Shown piece after piece: positions 8,616-16,004 of a stretch of 24,959 bases of DNA. Below the pieces are notes generated by a model. The model saw only the letters and a program-made list of their open reading frames with translations, was not told the DNA's origin and ran no database searches. The first letter of the stretch is position 1. Every line of letters starts with the position of its first letter. A program made the position numbers and the translations under genes. This DNA comes from Sandaracinaceae bacterium (GTDB taxonomy: Bacteria > Myxococcota_A > Polyangia > Polyangiales > Sandaracinaceae), in contig JBGAQA010000093.1 of assembly GCA_044220955.1 (NCBI GenBank), forward strand, positions 1 through 24,959, read 5' to 3'.

Positions 8616-10535
8616 CTAGGGCGTCGCGGGGAACACGCAGCCGGTGGCGGGGCAGCCCGCCGGCACGGCGATCTCGGGCGTGCCGGCCCACGCGCTGTCG
8701 AGGAACGACTGGATCTGGTCGAACGCGGCGCGCCCGGCCGCGGTGTCGCGGGCGGCGAAGCCGTGGACGTCGTAGATGCCGGTGTCGCCGACCTGGTATT
8801 GCGTCATCCCGCTCGCGCCGGTGACGTGGCTCGCGACGGTCGCGCCTTCGATGGGCCTGAGCGGCACGCCGACCTGGGTCGCGCCCGTGACGATGGCGAC
8901 GAACTCGTTGCCCTCGTTCGGCAGCACCTCGTCGCCGAGGCTCTCCTGCTCGAGGTACACGTCGCCACCGGCCCGCGCGCGCTCGCCGAAGCTCGCGCCG
9001 TCGGCCGGATCGAAGATCGTCTGCGCGATGGCGATCATCAGCGTGACGTTGGCCGGGCCGCCGTTGCGGCTCGCGAGCCCCGACAGGAACGTCTGGAAGA
9101 TCTGCGACTGGAACACCCAGTGCGACCACGCGGCGCCGGGGACGTTGAGCACGCCGACACGGATGTCGTCCGAGAGCGCGGCGACCACCAGGCCCATCGT
9201 GCCGCCGAGCGAGCCGCCGACCCACGTGGGCTGCGACCAGTCGACGTGCCGCCCCGCGTTCGGGTTCGGCATGCCGTCGAGCATCGCGGCCGAGAGCGCC
9301 TCGTCGATCACGCCGTCCATGGCACGCCCGATGGCGCTCGCGTGCGCGGCCGACTGCATGAGCGGCGAGAACGCGCGGTGCGCGCCGTCGAGCAGGTTCA
9401 CGAGGCGCGAGAGCGTGATCACCAGATCCGTGTCGGTCCACCCGGCGAACTGGACGCCGACCTTGGCCACGTTGTGTCCCGCGAGCGTGTCGTCGAACGC
9501 CGGATCGTGGAAGTTGCCGCCCGCGCCGTGCCCGTAGAGCACCGCGCGGTAGTCGCCCGTCCCGCTCGGGACGACGATTCGGAACGGCGCGGCCCCCGTG
9601 CCCTGCGGCGTCGGGACGCCGTTCGCGTCGGTGACGAGCGCGCCGTTGGCGTCGAGCCAGACCGGCAGGCCGACGAGGCGCCCCTCGAGGATCGAGGCGA
9701 CCGGCCCGCCGGGCGTCCGGTGCTCCACCACGTCCCACTCCACGTGGACGCTGCCCGCGTCGACCGCCGCGATCGCCGCGTTCACCATCGTCTCGAGCGG
9801 CGTCGTGGCGTTCGCGATCGAGCGCGTCGTGAAGTCCCAGGCGCGCACGACGTGCGCGGGCGCGACGCCCACGTCCTCGAGCAGGGCGAGGATGGGCGCG
9901 TAGTATCCGGCCAGGCGCGCCTCGTCGGGCGAGCGCGGCGGCGTCAGCCCGAGCGCGACCTGTGTCATCGGATCTGCGCTCGGCGTGGGACCCGTCGCGG
10001 CGCGCAGGCCGTCGGTCACCACGGCGACGTAGTCCGTCTCCGGCTCGAGCACGGCGAGGGGATCGGCGATGAGGGTGCAGCGCGGCGCCGAGACGCGCGG
10101 CGGGTCGGCATACGTCTCGATGCGCAGCGGCACCTCTTCTCCGTAGTGGGGCGAGTCCGGCGTCGCGACGAAGAGCCGGACCACGCCGCCGCGCGGTCCG
10201 CCGAAGCTCGCCGGGTCGAGGGTGCCCTCGAAGAGCACGGCGAGGCTCGAGACCCGCGAGAAGCCATCGGCCTCGGACATTCGTACGTCGCCGGCGTCGT
10301 TCGGGTTGATGGGTGTGACGTCGAGCTGCACGCGCAGGCCCGTCGCGGTGCTCTCGTCGGCGATCGTGAACGTGTTGGACGGCCATGGGACGACGCAGCG
10401 ATCGTCGTCGAAGGGCGAGCACGCGGCGCTGAGCGGCGTACGATCCCCGACCGCGCGGGGCGTGACGGGGAACGTCTCCGCGGCGCACGAGCAGGCGAGC
10501 AGGATGAGGACCAAGCGCGAAACGGCGGGGCGCAT
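8616..10535 (-). CDS. Exported lipoprotein with C-terminal alpha/beta-hydrolase fold (lipase-like)
   Basis: MRPAVSRLVLILLACS-C signal; PWPSN..DGFS N-terminal motifs; VLYGHG, GGSLGG (GxSxG nucleophile elbow), GDEVLPN, DVHGF. Start at ATG 10535 within ORF 8616-11588. Confidence 0.75.
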   Translation of the reverse strand: MRPAVSRLVLILLACSCAAETFPVTPRAVGDRTPLSAACSPFDDDRCVVPWPSNTFTIADESTATGLRVQLDVTPINPNDAGDVRMSEADGFSRVSSLAVLFEGTLDPASFGGPRGGVVRLFVATPDSPHYGEEVPLRIETYADPPRVSAPRCTLIADPLAVLEPETDYVAVVTDGLRAATGPTPSADPMTQVALGLTPPRSPDEARLAGYYAPILALLEDVGVAPAHVVRAWDFTTRSIANATTPLETMVNAAIAAVDAGSVHVEWDVVEHRTPGGPVASILEGRLVGLPVWLDANGALVTDANGVPTPQGTGAAPFRIVVPSGTGDYRAVLYGHGAGGNFHDPAFDDTLAGHNVAKVGVQFAGWTDTDLVITLSRLVNLLDGAHRAFSPLMQSAAHASAIGRAMDGVIDEALSAAMLDGMPNPNAGRHVDWSQPTWVGGSLGGTMGLVVAALSDDIRVGVLNVPGAAWSHWVFQSQIFQTFLSGLASRNGGPANVTLMIAIAQTIFDPADGASFGERARAGGDVYLEQESLGDEVLPNEGNEFVAIVTGATQVGVPLRPIEGATVASHVTGASGMTQYQVGDTGIYDVHGFAARDTAAGRAAFDQIQSFLDSAWAGTPEIAVPAGCPATGCVFPATP

Positions 10536-10595
10536 AGGGTGGCGATGATACGCGCCAAGCCGGAAGAGCGGGGCGGTGTCGAACGTACGAGATCC

Positions 10596-11204
10596 GTGCG
10601 CCGCCACCTCCCGATCCGTGTCGAGAGCGCCTGCCGGGAGGACTGGTCGGCCATGACGCCACGCGGCGAGGGCCGGCACTGCGCGCGCTGCCAGAGCACG
10701 GTGATCGACCTGACGCGCGTCACCCGCGCCCAGGCCGAGCGGCTCGTGCGTGAGCACGGGGGCCGGGTGTGCGGGCGTGTGCGCGCCGACGAGCGCGGCG
10801 ATGCCGTCTTCGCGCCCGAGCCGGTCCGGCGTGGGATCGTGCCCGTGGCGATCGCGGGCGTGCTCGCGGCCTGCAGCGCGGAGCCGACGGCCGCCGATGC
10901 GACTGCCCCCGATGCCCTGCCCGCCGCCACCCACCCGACGGTCGGGCTCGGCCCCCCGACGTCGGGCAGCTTCGGGGGCTCGCTCGCGACCGGCGTGATG
11001 CTCCCGATCGGCCGCGCGCCGGTGCGTCCACCTTCGGCTCCGGCGATCGGGCGGGCGCTGCCACCCGTGGACGAGACGCCCGCGGAGCCGACCCCGGAGC
11101 AGCAGGCCCTCACGCGCCGCAAGCACCGGCGCCAGCACCCGCCGGCGCACCCGCCCCCGATCGCGCACCCCATGATGGGCGCGATCGTGATGCCTGATTT
11201 TTGA
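10596..11204 (+). CDS. Hypothetical membrane protein with N-terminal Cys motif (C-x3-W-x2-M...HCxxC...CGR) and Pro-rich tail
   Basis: 3' part of ORF 8763-11204 from GTG 10596: ESACREDWSAMTPRGEGRHCARCQSTVIDLT...VCGRVRAD. Hydrophobic IVPVAIAGVLAAC follows; the protein ends HPMMGAIVMPDF. Confidence 0.75.
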   Translation: MRRHLPIRVESACREDWSAMTPRGEGRHCARCQSTVIDLTRVTRAQAERLVREHGGRVCGRVRADERGDAVFAPEPVRRGIVPVAIAGVLAACSAEPTAADATAPDALPAATHPTVGLGPPTSGSFGGSLATGVMLPIGRAPVRPPSAPAIGRALPPVDETPAEPTPEQQALTRRKHRRQHPPAHPPPIAHPMMGAIVMPDF

Positions 11205-11249
11205 CGGGTTACTTGACCCATCGGCGCGCGCGCGCTTCATACGGGCGCG

Positions 11250-11975
11250 ATGGGACACCTTCTTCTCCTCCAGGCGGGCGCGCATCCCCCGGCCGAGCTC
11301 GATCCGATCGCGCTGGTCCTCGGGGCCTCGCTGGTCGTGAAGCTCGTCCTGCTCGTGCTCGTGGGCATGAGCGTCGCCTGCTGGTTCATCATCGGCAGCA
11401 AGGTGATGCGGCTGCGCCAGGCCACCGCGCAGAGCGCGAAGTTCCTCGAGGCTTTCTGGGCCAAAGACGCCGGCCCGTGGAAGGCCGAGCGCCTCGAGGC
11501 GATCTACGCGCAGATGGGCCCGCTGAGCGGCTCGCCGCTCGCGCGCGTGTTCCACGCCGGCTACGTCGAGCTCGCCAAGCTCACGCAAGGGGAGAAGTCA
11601 CCGACGGGCGGCGACCTCGAGAGCGTGGAGCGCGCCCTCAAGCGCGCCGCCGGCAACGAGATGACGCAGCTCGAGAACCAGCTCCCGGTGCTCGCGACGA
11701 CCGGGTCCACGGGCCCCTTCATCGGCCTGTTCGGCACGGTGTGGGGCATCATGAGCAGCTTCCTCGCGATCGGCGCCCAGCACGGGGCCACGCTCGACGT
11801 CGTCGCGCCCGGCATCGCGGAGGCGCTCATCGCGACGGCCGTCGGCCTGCTCGCCGCCATCCCGGCCGTCATGGCCTACAACTACTTCATCCGCCGGATC
11901 CGCGTGATCGAGAGCGAGACGGAAGCGTTCGCCGCGGACTACCTGAACATCGTGAAGCGTCATTTCCTCTCCTAG
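11250..11975 (+). CDS. tolQ: TolQ (MotA/TolQ/ExbB proton channel)
   Basis: LATTGSTGPFIGLFGTVWGIM, VAPGIAEALIATAVGLLAAIPAVMAYNYF; first gene of the Q-R-A order. Confidence 0.93.
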   Translation: MGHLLLLQAGAHPPAELDPIALVLGASLVVKLVLLVLVGMSVACWFIIGSKVMRLRQATAQSAKFLEAFWAKDAGPWKAERLEAIYAQMGPLSGSPLARVFHAGYVELAKLTQGEKSPTGGDLESVERALKRAAGNEMTQLENQLPVLATTGSTGPFIGLFGTVWGIMSSFLAIGAQHGATLDVVAPGIAEALIATAVGLLAAIPAVMAYNYFIRRIRVIESETEAFAADYLNIVKRHFLS

Positions 11976-11989
11976 GGGCCGATGCGCGG

Positions 11990-12182
11990 CCCCTCCCCGA
12001 CCGGCAGAGCCGGATCGGGGCCCCTCCCCCCGCTCCGCTTCCTCGCTCCGCTCGCTACGTCCACTTCGTCGCTGCGCTCCTTCGTTCCCTCCGCTCCCTT
12101 CGCTCCGCGCGAGCGACACGGGCTCCGGCACGCAGCGACCGACCCCTCGCCGCAACGTTCGATCTTCGTCACGGGCTCCGGA
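11990..12182. repeat. REP-like/low-complexity intergenic insert between tolQ and tolR
   Basis: Hairpin CCCCGA-CCGGC-aga-GCCGG-a-TCGGGG (11995-12020), a pyrimidine-rich CGCTCC-repeat tract (~12021-12110), and direct repeat CACGGGCTCCGG (~12117 and ~12170). Confidence 0.55.
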
Positions 12183-12193
12183 GAAACGACAGC

Positions 12194-12673
12194 ATGGCCT
12201 TCAGCAGCGGCAGTGGCAGCGGGCGCGCGCCCATGAGCGAGATCAACGTGACGCCGCTCGTCGACGTCATGCTGGTGCTCCTCATCATCTTCATGGTCGC
12301 CGCGCCGATGATGACGGCAGGCGTGCAGGTCGATCTCCCCCAGGCCGACGCGCCGCGGATGGAGGTCGACGAGCAGCGCATCCTTCTCTCGATCGACGCC
12401 GCCCAGCAGATCTTCGTCGGAGAGGATCCCGTGCCCTTCGAGCGGCTCGAGGACGTGCTGCGCCACAACGCGCGCCTGCAAGAGGAGCGCGAGCTCTTCG
12501 TGCAGGCCGACGAGACGGTGCCCTACGGCGTGGTCGTGCGCGTGCTCGCGGTGGTGCGCCGCGCGGGCGTCGAGAGCCTGGGCCTGGTGACCGATCCGCT
12601 CGGGAGCGGCGGCGTGCCGACGCCGGCGGCGGCCACCCACACGCCCACCGAGCCAACGCCGGCCGCGCCGTGA
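12194..12673 (+). CDS. tolR: TolR (ExbD/TolR family)
   Basis: MSEINVTPLVDVMLVLLIIFMVAAPMM with the essential TM Asp; VDLP; QADETVPYGVVVRVLAVVRRAGVESLGLVT. Confidence 0.93.
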   Translation: MAFSSGSGSGRAPMSEINVTPLVDVMLVLLIIFMVAAPMMTAGVQVDLPQADAPRMEVDEQRILLSIDAAQQIFVGEDPVPFERLEDVLRHNARLQEERELFVQADETVPYGVVVRVLAVVRRAGVESLGLVTDPLGSGGVPTPAAATHTPTEPTPAAP

Positions 12674-12687
12674 GAGTCTGAAGGACG

Positions 12688-13674
12688 ATGTACCTCGATC
12701 CGGAAGAGACTCGCCCACGCTCGCTCTTCGATCGGCAGCCGATCGACCGTGACGTGCTGCGCGCGGGGCTCGTCGCCGTCGTGGCGACGCCGATCGTCGT
12801 GCCGATCGTGGGCGGGCTCGTGGGTGTGCTGCTCGGGCTCCCGCTCGTGGGCGAGATCGTCGGCGGCGCGCTGATCGGGCTCTACCTCGCGTGGATGATC
12901 CGTAGCGGGCGCCTGCAGGCGAAGGAGGCAGGCGGCGGGCTCGGGTTCGCGCTCGGACTGCACCTGGTCCTGCCGATCACCGCGTGGCTCGTCATCCTGG
13001 GCCTGCGCGTCGCGGACATCGACCTGCTCGCCGCGCCGCCCCCACCGCCCGTGGAGATCGAGGACGTCGTGCAGGCGCGCTTCGTCCAGCTCGGCGAGAT
13101 CCTCGATCCTCACCAGCTGCCGGATCGCCAGGTCCCCATCCTGCGCACCGACGTCGCGGACCCGCACACGGCGCCCTCGCTCGACCCGAACCCTCCCCCG
13201 CCTGCACCGCGGCCCGATCACGAGCGGCAGCGCGACGCGGTCGACGACGTGCTGCAGCGCCTCAGCCACGACGCGCAGACCTTCGCCGAGCGCGAGGAAC
13301 AGCGCATCCGCGAGGGCGACCCCGGCGGCATCGAGGAGGGCACGGAGCGCACGGCCACCGAGGGCGACCTCTACCAGGGCCGGCTCTACACGTTCTTCCG
13401 GCGCGGCTGGACCGTGCCGACCACCATCTCGGACGACGCGGTCACGGGGCTGGTCGCGGTCGTGAACATCGAGATCCACGAAGACACCACGATCGGGGAG
13501 TGGCGCATCGAGCGCAGCAGCGGCGAGCCCGACTTCGACGAGTCCGTCTCGGCGCAGATGACGCGCATCGTGCAGGCGAGCCCGAACATCCCGCCGCCAC
13601 CCGAGGAGGTGAGCGCGCAGTACCTGGGGCAGCACATCCGCGTTCAGTTCAGCGGCCGCAACGCGCATCGGTGA
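12688..13674 (+). CDS. tolA: TolA/TonB-like energy transducer with a multi-pass N-terminus
   Basis: Directly after tolR. TM helix with conserved His (FALGLHLVL), Pro-rich linker, and a C-terminal TonB/TolA domain (GWTVP...IERSSGEPDFDESV...IPPPP). Confidence 0.75.
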   Translation: MYLDPEETRPRSLFDRQPIDRDVLRAGLVAVVATPIVVPIVGGLVGVLLGLPLVGEIVGGALIGLYLAWMIRSGRLQAKEAGGGLGFALGLHLVLPITAWLVILGLRVADIDLLAAPPPPPVEIEDVVQARFVQLGEILDPHQLPDRQVPILRTDVADPHTAPSLDPNPPPPAPRPDHERQRDAVDDVLQRLSHDAQTFAEREEQRIREGDPGGIEEGTERTATEGDLYQGRLYTFFRRGWTVPTTISDDAVTGLVAVVNIEIHEDTTIGEWRIERSSGEPDFDESVSAQMTRIVQASPNIPPPPEEVSAQYLGQHIRVQFSGRNAHR

Positions 13675-13694
13675 GCGGAAGCCCGCAGGCCAGC

Positions 13695-14486
13695 TCAACG
13701 ACGCGGCCAGCGGCGCTCGCGCGTGAGCGCGGCGACGAGCCGCTCGAGCTCGGCCCGCGAGGCGCCGCGGACGACCCGCTGACGCTCGGCGGTGAGCGCG
13801 ATCTCGAGCACGGCGCAGAGCGACTCGACGTTTCGACGCAGGGCCTTCTCCTCGCCGCGGGCCTCGCCGCGGGCCTCGCCGCGGGCCTCGATGGCGGCGA
13901 CGAGATCCGGACGCCGGGCCTCGAGCGCGGCGATCACGGCCTCGTCGGCGCGCGCCTCGTCGAGCAGCGCGCGGACGGGAAGCGGTGCAGCGAGCGCGGC
14001 GTCCTCGATCGTCTCGTCGCGGTGCATCGGGCGCCAGCGGCCGCCCTTGGGGCTGGCCGCGCCGCGATCCCACTCGAGCGCCGTCCCCTTCGCGAGGACG
14101 AGCGCGAAGATCCGGCGCACGCCGCGCGCCGAGAGCACGCGCGCCTTCGTGGTCGTGACCGTGAGGCGCTGGCTCGCGACGACCTCGAACGCGAGCACCT
14201 CCAGGCGACGCCCCCCCGTCTCGCGATCGCGGCCCTCGGGGAACACGCTCGCGTCCGGCGCGAAGTCGCTCGTCGCGCTCGCGCGCGTGAGCATGTCGAT
14301 CGCCGCGACGAAGCCGGGCGCCACGTGCGCCTCGAGCAGATAGGAGAGCTTCGAGTGCCGCGTCGCGTGCGGCGGATCGGCCCCCGGCACGCTCACCACC
14401 ACGCCTTCGATGATCTCGATGCCCGAGCCTGGCATGACCAGCCGCTCGTCGACGCCCAGCACCGCGCGCTCCGCTCGCCTCCGCAT
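13695..14486 (-). CDS. Uma2-like PD-(D/E)XK nuclease with EARG-repeat C-terminal tail
   Basis: EIIEGVVV..PGADPPHATRH, DFAPDASV, LAFEVV, RGVRRIFAL; tail EARGEARGEARGEEKALR. Start at ATG 14486 (ATG 14507 also possible) within ORF 13695-15071. Confidence 0.8.
   Translation of the reverse strand: MRRRAERAVLGVDERLVMPGSGIEIIEGVVVSVPGADPPHATRHSKLSYLLEAHVAPGFVAAIDMLTRASATSDFAPDASVFPEGRDRETGGRRLEVLAFEVVASQRLTVTTTKARVLSARGVRRIFALVLAKGTALEWDRGAASPKGGRWRPMHRDETIEDAALAAPLPVRALLDEARADEAVIAALEARRPDLVAAIEARGEARGEARGEEKALRRNVESLCAVLEIALTAERQRVVRGASRAELERLVAALTRERRWPRR
13851..13890. repeat. 12-bp tandem repeat x3 (encodes EARG)
   Basis: CTCGCCGCGGGC three times, then CTCG. Confidence 0.85.
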
Positions 14487-14578
14487 CCCATGGCCATTGT
14501 ACGGCATCGCCGCCTCCGGGTCGGGGACGACGGCGCGACGGCGGACTGACGCTCGAGGGGGCGCCCGAGACGGCGAGG

Positions 14579-15097
14579 TCAGTGCGGGTCGTGACAGGCA
14601 GCCGGGATGGCGGCGCCGATCTGCGTGAGCGTGGCGCGGTACGTCGTGATCGCCTGCCGGCAGTAAGCAGCGCGGGACTCGTCGGCGGTGCGCAGCTCGC
14701 CGCAGCCCGCGACGAGACCGCCGATCGGCATCGCGGCGACGGCCGCCTGACAGCAGTGATAGGCCGCCTGGCAGACGGCGGAGGGTGCCGGCGCGGCAGC
14801 GCTCGTCGGTGCGGGCGCGTGCGAGGGCGCGGTCGGGGGTGCGGGCGCGGTCGAGGGTGAGGGTGCGGTCGAGGGTGCGGGCGCGGTCGAGGGTGCGGGC
14901 GTCGTCGCAGTCGTCGTCGCAGTCGTCGTCGCAGTCGTCGTCGCAGTCGTCGTCGCAGTCGTCGTCGCAGTCGTCGTCGCAGTCGCGGGCGCCGTCGCGC
15001 TCGAGGGCGGCGGAGGAGGTGGCGGCGGGACCGGCGTCTCGCGCTCCATGTTGCACGCCGAGAGGAGGCACACCGCCACCAGCACCGTCCGGTCCAT
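14579..15097 (-). CDS. Small lipoprotein with Pro/Thr/Ala repeat stalk and Cys-rich C-terminal domain
   Basis: MDRTVLVAVCLLSA-C lipobox; (ATTT)n and APST repeats; CQAAYHCC...C...YC...C tail. Confidence 0.8.
   Translation of the reverse strand: MDRTVLVAVCLLSACNMERETPVPPPPPPPPSSATAPATATTTATTTATTTATTTATTTATTTATTPAPSTAPAPSTAPSPSTAPAPPTAPSHAPAPTSAAAPAPSAVCQAAYHCCQAAVAAMPIGGLVAGCGELRTADESRAAYCRQAITTYRATLTQIGAAIPAACHDPH
14829..14985. repeat. Compound tandem repeat: 18-bp x4, then 12-bp x6 perfect
   Basis: GCGGTCGAGGGTGCGGGC-like units at 14829-14900. Perfect GTCGTCGTCGCA copies at 14910-14981 with partial copies on both sides. Confidence 0.92.
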
Positions 15098-15116
15098 GCG
15101 CGCGAGCCTATCGCCG

Positions 15117-15887
15117 CTACGGGGCGGCGAACAGATCGAGCGGGCCCCGCCCCTCCCCGAGGCCGGGGGCGCTCGCGAGCGCGCGATGCACCCACGCCTT
15201 CGCGCCGCGTACCGCGTCGAGCATCGGCTCGCCTCTCGCCAGGCGCGCCGCGATCGACGACGCGAGCGCGCAGCCGGTGCCGTGGCCCGCGCGCGTATCG
15301 AGGCGTGGCTCCGAGAGCTCGAGGCACGCTCCGCCGATGCAGAGCACGTCGATCGCCCGCTCGCCGCCCAGGTGCCCGCCCTTCACGAGCGCGGCGCCCG
15401 CCCCCCGCGCGACGAGCGCGAGCGCCGCCGCGCGCGCCGACAGGGCGTCGGTCACCGCGATCCCGGTCAGAGCCGCCGCCTCGATCGCGTTCGGCGTGAC
15501 CAGCGCGGCCCGCGGCACCAGCGCCTCGCGGATCGCCGCTGCCCTCGCCCCGAGCGAGGCGCCGCTCGTCGCCGCCAGCACCGGATCGCACACGAGGACG
15601 CGCGCTGCCGTCCGCGCGGCGAGCGCCCACGCGTTCGCGTCCGATCCGAGCGCGCCGGTCTTGATCACCCGCACGTCGAGGTCTCCGAGGACCGCGTCCA
15701 CTTGCTCGCCCACGAGCTCGGCGCCCAGCACCTCGACGCGCGTCACGCCCCGGGTGTTCTGGACGGTGAGCAGCGTGATCGCCGCCGCGCCGTACGCGCC
15801 GTGCTGGTGGAGCGTCCTGAGATCGCCCTGGATGCCTGCGCCGCCCGAGGGATCGGACCCCCCGACCGCGAGAACCACCTCGTTCAT
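15117..15887 (-). CDS. thiD: Hydroxymethylpyrimidine/phosphomethylpyrimidine kinase
   Basis: VLAVGGSDPSGGAGIQGDLRT, TVQNTRGV, IKTGAL, DPVL, VTPNAIEA, LVKGGH, HGTGCALAS. Start at ATG 15887. Confidence 0.93.
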   Translation of the reverse strand: MNEVVLAVGGSDPSGGAGIQGDLRTLHQHGAYGAAAITLLTVQNTRGVTRVEVLGAELVGEQVDAVLGDLDVRVIKTGALGSDANAWALAARTAARVLVCDPVLAATSGASLGARAAAIREALVPRAALVTPNAIEAAALTGIAVTDALSARAAALALVARGAGAALVKGGHLGGERAIDVLCIGGACLELSEPRLDTRAGHGTGCALASSIAARLARGEPMLDAVRGAKAWVHRALASAPGLGEGRGPLDLFAAP

Positions 15888-16004
15888 GTCCGTTTTCCTT
15901 CGCGTCCTTTTTGCGTTCGCGATCGCCCGTGGCAGTCTGCCGCCGATCGGCCAGGCCGCACGTCTGAAGCGTCGGGCCTGCTCATCCGTCTCAGATCGCA
16001 ACCC

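Noticed and set aside
11201..12193. TolR as a 490-aa protein or a TolQ-TolR fusion
   Set aside because: The upstream part is an off-frame overlap of tolQ plus the repeat insert; TolR homology starts at ATG 12194.
14901..14985. CRISPR array
   Set aside because: Contiguous 12-bp units with no unique spacers, inside a coding frame; no cas genes.
14487..15071. Uma2 N-terminal extension with (CDDD)n repeats suggesting a metal-binding tract
   Set aside because: It is an alternative frame of the 12-bp repeat inside the lipoprotein gene 14579-15097, which has a proper signal peptide.
15888..16004. TPP riboswitch upstream of thiD (minus strand has CTGAGA, CCTG and GCGAAGGAA)
   Set aside because: Spacing between motifs is far from the TPP consensus, the ACCTGAT core and P5 loop are absent, and the region abuts the tolB start. 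An Rfam RF00059 scan would settle it.
13675..16004. Mobile element carrying thiD, the lipoprotein and Uma2
   Set aside because: No transposase or integrase, terminal inverted repeats or target-site duplication found; composition matches the flanks.
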